Of a DNA stretch of 6,770 bases, positions 1-6,770 are shown in pieces (the first letter of the stretch is position 1; every line of letters starts with the position of its first letter). Origin of the DNA: a virus (Duplodnaviria; Heunggongvirae; Uroviricota; Caudoviricetes); the IMG/VR virus record IMGVR_UViG_2563366946_000004; one strand, written 5' to 3'. Under the pieces are notes generated by a model. It saw only the letters and a list, made by a program, of their open reading frames with translations, searched no databases and was not told the origin of the DNA. The position numbers and the translations under genes are program-made.

Positions 1-2875
1 ACCATCACGTCGGCAAACATCGACCGTCTGCGCTTTACCTTCGGTGTGCAGGCACTGGTGGAAACCACCTCAAAGGGGGACAGGAATCCATCGGAAGTCC
101 GCCTGCTGGTTCAGATACAACGTAACGGTGGCTGGGTGACGGAAAAAGACATCACCATTAAGGGTAAAACCACCTCGCAGTATCTGGCCTCAGTGGTGGT
201 GGATAACCTGCCGCCGCGCCCGTTTAATATCCGGATGCGCAGGATGACGCCGGACAGCACCACAGACCAGCTGCAGAACAAAACGCTCTGGTCGTCATAC
301 ACCGAAATCATCGATGTGAAACAGTGCTACCCGAACACGGCACTGGTCGGCGTGCAGGTGGACTCGGAGCAGTTCGGCAGCCAGCAGGTGAGCCGTAATT
401 ATCATCTGCGCGGGCGTATTCTGCAGGTGCCGTCGAACTATAACCCGCAGACGCGGCAATACAGCGGTATCTGGGACGGAACGTTTAAGCCAGCATACAG
501 CAACAACATGGCCTGGTGTCTGTGGGATATGCTGACCCATCCGCGCTACGGCATGGGGAAGCGTCTCGGTGCGGCGGATGTGGACAAATGGGCGCTGTAT
601 GTCATCGGCCAGAATTGCGACCAGTCGGTGCCGGATGGCTTTGGTGGCACGGAGCCGCGCATCACCTGTAATGCCTACCTGACCACACAGCGCAAGGCGT
701 GGGATGTTCTCAGTGATTTCTGCTCGGCGATGCGCTGTATGCCGGTATGGAACGGGCAGACGCTGACGTTCGTGCAGGACCGACCGTCGGATAAGGTGTG
801 GACCTATAACCGCAGTAATGTGGTGATGCCGGATGATGGTGCGCCGTTCCGCTACAGCTTCAGCGCCCTGAAAGACCGCCATAATGCTGTTGAGGTGAAC
901 TGGATTGACCCGGATAACGGCTGGGAGACGGCGACAGAGCTTGTGGAGGACACGCAGGCCATTGCCCGTTACGGTCGTAACGTCACGAAGATGGATGCCT
1001 TTGGCTGTACCAGCCGGGGGCAGGCACACCGCGCCGGGCTGTGGCTGATTAAAACGGAGCTGCTGGAAACGCAGACCGTGGACTTCAGCGTGGGTGCAGA
1101 AGGGCTTCGCCATGTACCGGGCGATGTCATTGAAATCTGTGATGATGACTATGCGGGGATCAGCATCGGCGGGCGCGTGCTGGCGGTGAACAACCAGACG
1201 CGGACACTGACGCTCGACCGTGAAATCACGCTGCCATCCTCCGGCACCACGCTGATAAGCCTGGCTGACGGACAGGGGAATCCGGTCAGCGTGGAGGTCC
1301 AGTCCGTCACCGACGGCGTGAAGGTAAAAGTGAGCCGTGTTCCTGACGGCGTTGCAGAATACAGCGTGTGGGGGCTGAAGCTGCCGACGCTGCGCCAGCG
1401 CCTGTTCCGCTGTGTGAGTATCCGTGAGAACGATGACGGCACGTATGCCATCACTGCCGTGCAGCATGTACCGGAAAAAGAGGCCATCGTGGATAACGGG
1501 GCGCACTTTGACGGCGACCAGAGCGGCACGGTGAATGGTGTCACGCCGCCAGCGGTGCAGCACCTGACTGCCGAAGTCACCGCAGACAGCGGGGAATATC
1601 AGGTGCTGGCGCGCTGGGACACGCCGAAGGTGGTGAAGGGGGTGAGCTTTATGCTTCGCCTGACCGTGGCAGCGGATGACGGCAGTGAGCGGCTGGTCAG
1701 CACGGCCCGGACGACGGAAACCACATACCGCTTCAGGCAACTGGCGCTGGGGAACTACAGGCTGACAGTCCGGGCGGTAAATGCGTGGGGGCAGCAGGGC
1801 GATCCGGCATCGGTATCGTTCCGGATTGCCGCACCGGCAGCGCCGTCGCAGATTGAGCTGACACCGGGGTATTTTCAGATAACCGCCACGCCGCATCTTG
1901 CGGTTTATGATCCGACGGTACAGTTTGAGTTCTGGTTCTCGGAAAAGCGGATTGCGGATATCAGGCAGGTTGAAACCACAGCACGCTATCTTGGCACGGC
2001 GCTGTACTGGATAGCCGCCAGTATCAATATCAAACCGGGCCATGATTATTATTTTTACATCCGCAGTGTGAACACCGTTGGCAAATCGGCATTTGTGGAG
2101 GCTGTTGGCCAGCCGAGTGATGATGCATCCGGCTATCTGAATTTTTTCAAAGGAGAGATAGGGAAAACCCATCTGGCTCAGGAGTTGTGGACGCAGATTG
2201 ATAACGGTCAGCTTGCGCCTGACCTGGCTGAAATCAGGACGTCCATTACGGGTGTCAGCAATGAAATCACGCAGACCGTCAATAAGAAACTGGAAGACCA
2301 GAGTGCAGCGATCCAGCAGATACAGAAGGTTCAGGTTGATACAAATAATAACCTGAACAGCATGTGGGCTGTGAAGCTGCAGCAGATGCAGGACGGACGC
2401 CTTTATATCGCGGGTATTGGTGCCGGTGTTGAGAATACTCCTGACGGTATGCAGAGTCAGGTGCTGCTGGCGGCGGACAGGATTGCGATGATTAATCCTG
2501 CGAATGGCAACACAAAGCCGATGTTTGTTGGGCAGGGCGATCAGATATTCATGAACGAAGTGTTCCTGAAATATCTGACGGCTCCCACCATTACCAGCGG
2601 TGGCAATCCCCCAACGTTTTCACTGACACCTGATGGTCGACTTTCTGCGAAAAATGCGGATATCAGCGGTAACGTGAACGCGAACTCCGGGACGCTCAAC
2701 AACGTCACGATTAATCAGAACTGTCGGATTCTGGGAAAACTGTCAGCTAACCAGATTGAAGGTGATATTGTCAAAACGGTGGGAAAAGCCTTTCCGAGAA
2801 ATGGCAGTTATGCCAGCGGTACAATAACGGTCACTGTGTACGATGACCAGGCTTTTGACCGTCAGATAGTAGTCC
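1..2875 (+). pseudogene. J: Lambda-like tail tip / host specificity protein J (central tail fibre), N-terminal and central part; 5' end lies upstream of the window; interrupted by an IS insertion at 2876
   Basis: Frame 1 is open from base 1 with no upstream stop in the window. The translation carries long stretches I recognise from lambda J (e.g. [78 protein letters not shown], fibronectin-III-like segment, [20 protein letters not shown]). J-derived coding ends at 2875 where the IS terminus TGAACC begins. The supplied ORF 46..3036 continues into the IS only as read-through. Confidence 0.9.
2873..2875. repeat. Target-site duplication (TCC), left copy, flanking the IS insertion in J
   Basis: TCC lies immediately outside the IS terminus at 2873-2875 and again at 4186-4188. 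A 3-bp duplication is typical of IS3-family elements. Confidence 0.75.
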
Positions 2876-2900
2876 TGAACCGCCCCGGGTTTCCTGGAGA
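2876..2900. repeat. IS terminal inverted repeat, right end (IRR)
   Basis: TGAACCGCCCCGGGTTTCCTGGAGA matches the reverse complement of 4161..4185 at 23 of 25 positions (AA/TT mismatch at positions 15-16). Confidence 0.8.
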
Positions 2901-2917
2901 GTGTTTTATCTGTGAAC

Positions 2918-3808
2918 TCAGGCTGCCAGATCATCGTTTCCGATGGAAGCATAATAAGCTTTTTCTGCTTCTGCCGGAGGAGTATGGCCCAGCCTTTCCA
3001 GCAATCGTCGATTGTTATACCAGTCCACCCACGTGAGTGTGGCCAGTTCCACTTCTGCACGGTTTTTCCAGCTCTTACGGTGTATTACCTCCGCTTTGTA
3101 AAGGCCATTGATGCTCTCCGCCATCGCGTTGTCATACGAGTCGCCTGTACTTCCTGTTGATGCCAGTAATCCGGCTTCCTTAAGCCGCTGTGTGTAGGCC
3201 AGCGATACATACTGAGAACCTTTATCACTGTGATGGACCGTGCCGGACGGTCGACGGGCCCATAACGCCTGCTCCAGTGCATCCAGCACGAATGTCGTTT
3301 CCATGGACGATGAGACCCGCCACCCCACGATGTATCCGGCAAACACATCAATGATGAACGCCACATAGACGAAGCCCCGCCATGTGCTGACGTAAGTAAA
3401 ATCAGCCACCCACAGCTGGTCAGGTCGTTCTGCCACGAACTGACGGTTTACGCGGTCGCCTGCGGCAACGGCTTTCCGGCTGATGGTCGTACGGACCTTT
3501 TTACCCCGGAGAACACCGGCAAGTCCCATAACCGCCATGAGACGTGCCACAGTGCATCTGGCCACTCTGATACCTTCCCGTAACAACTGACGCCAGACTT
3601 TACGCACACCGTATACCTTGTGATTTTCATCGTATACGCGCTGTATCTCTTTCTTCAGCCAGTCATCGCGCTGCGCACGGGCACTGCGTTTATCCGGATG
3701 ATGTCGCTGTTGCTGACAGTGGTAATACGTTGACGGGGCAATATGCAGTTCGCTGCATAGCGGTCCGACCCCGTACTGCTCACGCAGCTTATCCAGCAGT
3801 GGCATCAT
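2918..3808 (-). CDS. IS3-family transposase OrfB (DDE catalytic domain), normally expressed as an OrfAB fusion by -1 frameshifting
   Basis: Supplied 296-aa minus-strand ORF with DDE-type motifs ([31 protein letters not shown]). It overlaps the orfA stop in the -1 frame. The stop (TGA, complement of 2918-2920) sits just inside the IRR. Confidence 0.9.
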   Translation of the reverse strand: MMPLLDKLREQYGVGPLCSELHIAPSTYYHCQQQRHHPDKRSARAQRDDWLKKEIQRVYDENHKVYGVRKVWRQLLREGIRVARCTVARLMAVMGLAGVLRGKKVRTTISRKAVAAGDRVNRQFVAERPDQLWVADFTYVSTWRGFVYVAFIIDVFAGYIVGWRVSSSMETTFVLDALEQALWARRPSGTVHHSDKGSQYVSLAYTQRLKEAGLLASTGSTGDSYDNAMAESINGLYKAEVIHRKSWKNRAEVELATLTWVDWYNNRRLLERLGHTPPAEAEKAYYASIGNDDLAA

Positions 3809-3815
3809 TTTTTCC
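3805..3815 (-). other. Programmed -1 ribosomal frameshift site (A6 slippery run) at the orfA/orfB overlap
   Basis: Minus-strand sequence ...CTGGAAAAAATGATGCCA...: orfA ends ...LWKK-TGA, and orfB continues MMPLLDK in the -1 frame. An A AAA AAN heptamer at the orfA/orfB overlap is the canonical IS3-family arrangement (established knowledge). Confidence 0.7.
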
Positions 3816-4131
3816 AGAGGCGGTCGAACTCCGCCTTCGCAAAATAAGCGGAAGCCTGGCGAAGGATATCGTTACTGCGGCGCAGTTCACGATTTTCACG
3901 TTCCAGCTCTTTCAGACGCTGACGTTCAGCGGTGGTGAGCCCTCCATCACCGCCCCCGGTATCCCGCTCATGCTGGCGAACCCAGACACGCAGAGTCTCC
4001 GGCGTACAGCCAATCTTTGGAGCAATGGAACAAATTGTCGCCCATTGTGAGTCATATTCGCTCTGACTTTCCAGAACCATACGAATCGCCCTCTGACGGA
4101 CTTCGGGGGAAAAACGAGTATTTTTAGTCAT
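3805..4131 (-). CDS. IS3-family transposase OrfA (HTH DNA-binding and leucine-zipper region)
   Basis: Supplied 108-aa minus-strand [59 protein letters not shown]...[39 protein letters not shown] is 54 bp inside the IS left end. Confidence 0.9.
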   Translation of the reverse strand: MTKNTRFSPEVRQRAIRMVLESQSEYDSQWATICSIAPKIGCTPETLRVWVRQHERDTGGGDGGLTTAERQRLKELERENRELRRSNDILRQASAYFAKAEFDRLWKK

Positions 4132-4160
4132 CCTGTTTACCTCTTTCTCAGGAAGTTTAG

Positions 4161-4185
4161 TCTCCAGGATTCCCGGGGCGGTTCA
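4161..4185. repeat. IS terminal inverted repeat, left end (IRL) of the minus-orientation copy
   Basis: Reverse complement of 4161..4185 is TGAACCGCCCCGGGAATCCTGGAGA, identical to the start of the second IS copy at 6451. Confidence 0.85.
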
Positions 4186-4188
4186 TCC
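4186..4188. repeat. Target-site duplication (TCC), right copy
   Basis: TCC immediately follows the IS end (GGTTCA at 4180-4185) and matches 2873-2875. Confidence 0.75.
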
Positions 4189-4490
4189 CCCCCGTTCTGT
4201 TTCGTGGGGGTAAGCATGAAAACTTCAACAGCAACAACCAACAGTCATACTGGTATTCAACCTGTAAGCTGCAGGTACTGAAGAACGGACAGGAAATCTT
4301 TCAGCAACCCGCGACGGATGTCAGCAGGGTATTTTCATCAGTCATTGATATGCCTGCCGGACACGGCCATGTCACCCTGACTTTCAATGTTTCTTCATAT
4401 GGTGCTAATAACTGGACGCCAACGACCAGTATCAGCGACCTTCTTGTTGTTGTGATGAAGAAATCTACAGCCGGTATCAGTATCAGTTGA
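4186..4490 (+). pseudogene. J: C-terminal ~100 codons of tail tip protein J, separated from the rest of the gene by the IS
   Basis: The frame starting at 4188 is open to TGA at 4488-4490 and encodes [100 protein letters not shown]. This resembles my recollection of the lambda J C-terminus (...DMPAG.G......[14 protein letters not shown]). With the IS and one TCC removed this frame is contiguous with the upstream J frame (...[15 protein letters not shown]...). Confidence 0.8.
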
Positions 4491-4507
4491 ATTTTATAAC
4501 CCAGATA

Positions 4508-4536
4508 CGGGCGCCAGAAATGGCGCCTTTTTTATT
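4508..4536 (+). terminator. Rho-independent terminator between J and stf
   Basis: Perfect 6-bp stem GGCGCC (4510-4515) / GGCGCC (4522-4527) with loop AGAAAT, followed directly by TTTTTT (4528-4533), 18 bp downstream of the J stop codon. Confidence 0.65.
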
Positions 4537-4548
4537 TGTGGAGTGAAT

Positions 4549-6453
4549 ATGGCAGTACAGATTTCAGGCGTGCTGAAAGACGGTGCAGGAAAACCGATAC
4601 AGAACTGCACCATTCAGCTCAAAGCAAAACGTAACAGCACCACGGTTGTGGTGAACACGGTGGCCTCAGAAAATCCGGATGAAGCCGGACGTTACAGCAT
4701 GGATGTCGAGTATGGCCAGTACAGCGTTATCCTGCTGGTTGAAGGTTTTCCGCCTTCACATGCCGGGGCCATCACCGTGTATGAGGATTCTAAGCCGGGG
4801 ACATTGAATGATTTTCTGGGCGCTGCAACAGAAGATGATGTTCGTCCGGAGGCACTGTATCGTTTTGAAAAGATGGTGGAAGAGGTGGCACGCAACGCTG
4901 AAGCCGCCTCTCAGAGCGCAGCGGCAGCAAAGAAATCAGAAACAGCAGCGGCATCGTCCAGGAATGCGGCGAAAACATCAGAGACGAATGCAGGTAACAG
5001 CGCGAAAGCGGCAGCTTCTTCAAAAACAGCCGCACAAAACGCAGCAACAGCGGCAGAACGTTCAGAGACAAATGCCCGTGCGTCAGAAGAAGCCTCCGCA
5101 GACAGTGAAGAGGCTTCCCGCCGTAATGCAGAGTCAGCCGCTGAAAATGCCGGAGTCGCCACCACAAAAGCGCGGGAGGCCGCAGCAGACGCAACAAAGG
5201 CCGGGCAGAAAAAGGATGAGGCTCTGTCGGCAGCGACACGGGCTGAAAAGGCGGCAGACCGCGCAGAAGTCGCAGCGGAAGTGACTGCAGAGCCCTATGC
5301 GAATATAGTGCCGCCGCTGCCTGATGTGTGGATACCGTTTAACGATTCACTGGATATGATTGCGGGTTTTTCTCCGGGCTATAAAAAAATAGCTATTGGT
5401 GACGATGTGGTTCAGGTCGCCAGTGATAAACAGGTTAATTTCAGTCGCGCATCAACGGCAACATATATCAACAAATCTGGCGAACTGAAAACGGCGGAAA
5501 TTAATGAGCCGCGATTTGAGTGTGATGGCCTGCTTATTGAGGGACAAAGAACGAACTACATGCTCAATTCGGAAAGTCCAGCCAGCTGGGGGAAGTCATC
5601 AAACATGGATGTGCCCGAAACCGGGACAGATAGTTTTGGTTTTACTTATGGAAAGTTTGTCTGCAACGATTCTCTGGTTGGGCAAACTTCGGCTATTAAT
5701 ATGGCATCAATTGCTGCAACAAAGTCAGTTGATGTCTCAGGCGATAACAAGTACGTGACAACCTCATGCCGTTTTAAAACAGAACGACAGGTAAGGTTAC
5801 GTATACGGTTTGATAAGTATGATGGTAGTGCAACAACTTTTCTTGGCGATGCGTACATTGATACGCAAACGCTTGAAATTAATATGACAGGTGGGGCTGC
5901 CGGCAGAATTACGGCACGAGTCAGGAAGGATAAGACCACAGGCTGGATTTTTGCAGAGGCAACGATTCAGGCAATTGATGGTGAGTTAAAAATAGGCTCT
6001 CAGATACAGTATTCTCCTGAGCGGGGTGGGGCAACAGTATCTGGTGACTATATTTATCTTGCCACCCCACAAGTAGAGAATGGGCCGTGTGTATCATCAT
6101 TTATTATTTCAGGAGGCAGCGCAACGACAAGAGCCAGTGATTTGGTTAGTATCCCTACCAGAAATAATCTTTATAAGTTACCATTTACTTTTTTACTTGA
6201 GATTCATAAAAACTGGGATATTGCACCAAACGCCGCACCCCGCGTGTGGGATATAGCAGCAGCCAATACCGGGCAATCAGCAATTGCAGCAATCAACAGA
6301 GGTAGTGGTAAGTTATATATGAGTCTGTCAAACCCTTCAGGCTTGTATGTTAATAGCGCAGCGACAGATGTATTTGCAGAGAAAACCACATTTGGATGTA
6401 TTGCAAAAGCTGATGGTCACTTTCATGTGGTGACAAATGGTAAAGCGGTTTGA
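4549..6453 (+). CDS. stf: Side tail fibre protein (Stf-like); lambda-Stf-like N-terminal anchor, Ala/Ser/Glu-rich repeats, distinct C-terminal domain; 3' end abuts the second IS and is probably truncated
   Basis: ATG at 4549 is preceded by GGAG (4540-4543) at 5-nt spacing. The supplied ORF starts at an upstream GTG (4543), but MAVQISGVLKDGAGKPIQNCTIQLKAKRNSTTVVVNTVASENPDEAGRYSMDVEYGQYSVILLVEGFPPSHAG matches the N-terminus of lambda Stf / Rac StfR as I recall them (MAVKISGVLKDGTGKPVQNCTIQLKA...). The stop TGA (6451-6453) is the first three bases of the IS terminus. Confidence 0.85.
   Translation: MAVQISGVLKDGAGKPIQNCTIQLKAKRNSTTVVVNTVASENPDEAGRYSMDVEYGQYSVILLVEGFPPSHAGAITVYEDSKPGTLNDFLGAATEDDVRPEALYRFEKMVEEVARNAEAASQSAAAAKKSETAAASSRNAAKTSETNAGNSAKAAASSKTAAQNAATAAERSETNARASEEASADSEEASRRNAESAAENAGVATTKAREAAADATKAGQKKDEALSAATRAEKAADRAEVAAEVTAEPYANIVPPLPDVWIPFNDSLDMIAGFSPGYKKIAIGDDVVQVASDKQVNFSRASTATYINKSGELKTAEINEPRFECDGLLIEGQRTNYMLNSESPASWGKSSNMDVPETGTDSFGFTYGKFVCNDSLVGQTSAINMASIAATKSVDVSGDNKYVTTSCRFKTERQVRLRIRFDKYDGSATTFLGDAYIDTQTLEINMTGGAAGRITARVRKDKTTGWIFAEATIQAIDGELKIGSQIQYSPERGGATVSGDYIYLATPQVENGPCVSSFIISGGSATTRASDLVSIPTRNNLYKLPFTFLLEIHKNWDIAPNAAPRVWDIAAANTGQSAIAAINRGSGKLYMSLSNPSGLYVNSAATDVFAEKTTFGCIAKADGHFHVVTNGKAV
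4897..5280 (+). repeat. Low-complexity Ala/Ser/Glu/Thr-rich tail-fibre repeat region inside stf
   Basis: The translation shows degenerate recurring units (SETNA..S..AA.., AAKTSETNAGNSAKAAASSKTAAQNAATAAERSETNARASEEASADSEEAS...). The DNA here is GC-rich and open in several frames on both strands, which produces the spurious overlapping ORFs 4808..5284(+), 4790..5239(-) and 4911..5165(-). Confidence 0.7.
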
Positions 6454-6475
6454 ACCGCCCCGGGAATCCTGGAGA
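6451..6475. repeat. IRL of the second IS copy
   Basis: TGAACCGCCCCGGGAATCCTGGAGA, identical to the IRL of the first copy. Confidence 0.85.
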
Positions 6476-6504
6476 CTAAACTTCCTGAGAAAGAGGTAAA
6501 CAGG

Positions 6505-6770
6505 ATGACTAAAAATACTCGTTTTTCCCCCGAAGTCCGTCAGAGGGCGATTCGTATGGTTCTGGAAAGTCAGAGCGAATATGACTCACAATGGGCGACA
6601 ATTTGTTCCATTGCTCCAAAGATTGGCTGTACGCCGGAGACTCTGCGTGTCTGGGTTCGCCAGCATGAGCGGGATACCGGGGGCGGTGATGGAGGGCTCA
6701 CCACCGCTGAACGTCAGCGTCTGAAAGAGCTGGAACGTGAAAATCGTGAACTGCGCCGCAGTAACGATAT
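6505..6770 (+). CDS. IS3-family transposase OrfA of the second IS copy, 3'-partial (window ends)
   Basis: ATG at 6505, 54 bp inside the IS end. Translation [30 protein letters not shown]... is identical to orfA of the first copy over the visible part. Confidence 0.9.
   Translation, partial: MTKNTRFSPEVRQRAIRMVLESQSEYDSQWATICSIAPKIGCTPETLRVWVRQHERDTGGGDGGLTTAERQRLKELERENRELRRSND

Larger units (their letters stand above)
2876..4185 (-). mobile_element. Complete IS3-family insertion sequence, IS629/IS1203-type, 1310 bp, inserted in J
   Basis: Bounded by imperfect inverted repeats (TGAACCGCCCCGGG... at 2876 on the plus strand; reverse complement of the same at 4185). Contains minus-strand orfA ([23 protein letters not shown]...) and orfB ([22 protein letters not shown]...), which I recognise as IS629/IS1203-type transposase. 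I considered IS3 proper and rejected it: IS3 is 1258 bp by my recollection and its InsE/InsF sequences differ, whereas the 1310-bp length matches IS629. Confidence 0.9.
6451..6770 (+). mobile_element. Second IS629/IS1203-type copy, plus orientation, left end only (runs off the window)
   Basis: 6451..6770 is the exact reverse complement of 3866..4185 by eye (TGAACCGCCCCGGGAATCCTGGAGACTAAACTTCCTGAGAAAGAGGTAAACAGGATGACTAAAAATACTCG...). It is therefore in inverted orientation relative to the first copy. Confidence 0.9.

Noticed and set aside
295-2172. 625-aa minus-strand ORF antisense to J (also 111..311 and 1149..1580 on the minus strand)
   Set aside because: It lies entirely inside a confidently identified J coding region on the opposite strand. 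The translation is Arg/His/Cys-rich low-complexity sequence with no recognisable domain, the typical shadow ORF of a GC-rich gene with biased codon usage.
2743-4050. Short ORFs overlapping the IS and its junction (2743..3060 -, 2912..3160 +, 3085..3366 -, 3448..3630 -, 3730..4050 +)
   Set aside because: These are alternative or antisense frames of the orfA/orfB transposase genes or of the J/IS junction. The IS coding capacity is fully explained by orfA and orfB.
4187-4193. C7 homopolymer tract next to the IS junction as a possible phase-variable slippage site in J
   Set aside because: The C-run encodes Pro-Pro in the reconstructed J frame and overlaps the target duplication. Seven C's is short for efficient slipped-strand switching, and the gene is already disrupted by the IS, so there is no evidence for a phase-variation role.
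4692-5284. Overlapping ORFs in the stf repeat region: 4808..5284 + (158 aa, extremely basic, Arg/Gln/Lys-rich), 4790..5239 -, 4911..5165 - (Ala-rich), 4692..4895 -
   Set aside because: They arise because the GC-rich Ala/Ser/Glu repeat DNA lacks stop codons in several frames. None has an obvious ribosome-binding site or recognisable fold, and the stf frame is the one with clear homology. An overlapping gene cannot be excluded without ribosome profiling, but there is no positive evidence for one.
5504-6389. ORFs 5504..5758 +, 5646..5939 - and 6204..6389 - inside the stf C-terminal domain
   Set aside because: Short out-of-frame or antisense ORFs within a well-supported CDS, with no independent signals.
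4186-6450. Possibility that the segment between the two IS copies has already been inverted
   Set aside because: The J 5' and 3' fragments are on the same strand and rejoin in frame across a matching 3-bp duplication, and stf is co-oriented with J as in lambda. The current state is the simple collinear arrangement.
1-6770. Search for CRISPR arrays, tRNA/rRNA genes, defence-system-like gene clusters or toxin-antitoxin pairs
   Set aside because: No direct-repeat/spacer periodicity, no cloverleaf-like or rRNA-like segments, and no unexplained coding capacity were seen. The whole window is accounted for by J, stf and two IS copies.

Overview
This window is the host-recognition (tail fibre) module of a lambda-like prophage from an enterobacterium, disrupted by two copies of an IS629/IS1203-type IS3-family insertion sequence. 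Layout: (1) 1..2875, the 5'-truncated-by-window gene for the tail tip / host specificity protein J; (2) 2876..4185, a complete 1310-bp IS element on the minus strand with imperfect terminal inverted repeats, orfA/orfB transposase frames joined at an A6 slippery site, and a 3-bp TCC target duplication; (3) 4186..4490, the last ~100 codons of J, which rejoin the upstream J frame exactly if the IS and one TCC copy are removed; (4) a hairpin plus T-tract terminator; (5) 4549..6453, a side-tail-fibre (Stf-like) gene with a lambda-Stf-like N-terminus, an Ala/Ser/Glu-rich repeat segment and a different, visibly AT-richer C-terminal domain; (6) 6451..6770, the first 320 bp of a second, identical IS copy in inverted orientation, whose terminal TGA supplies the stop codon of stf. 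I found no CRISPR array, tRNA/rRNA, or defence-system-like gene cluster. The points worth a second look are the apparent double inactivation of both receptor-binding proteins by the same IS, the inverted IS pair bracketing the J-3'/stf segment, and the unrecognised Stf C-terminal domain. All homology statements rest on my recollection of lambda J, lambda Stf / StfR and IS629 proteins, not on any database search.
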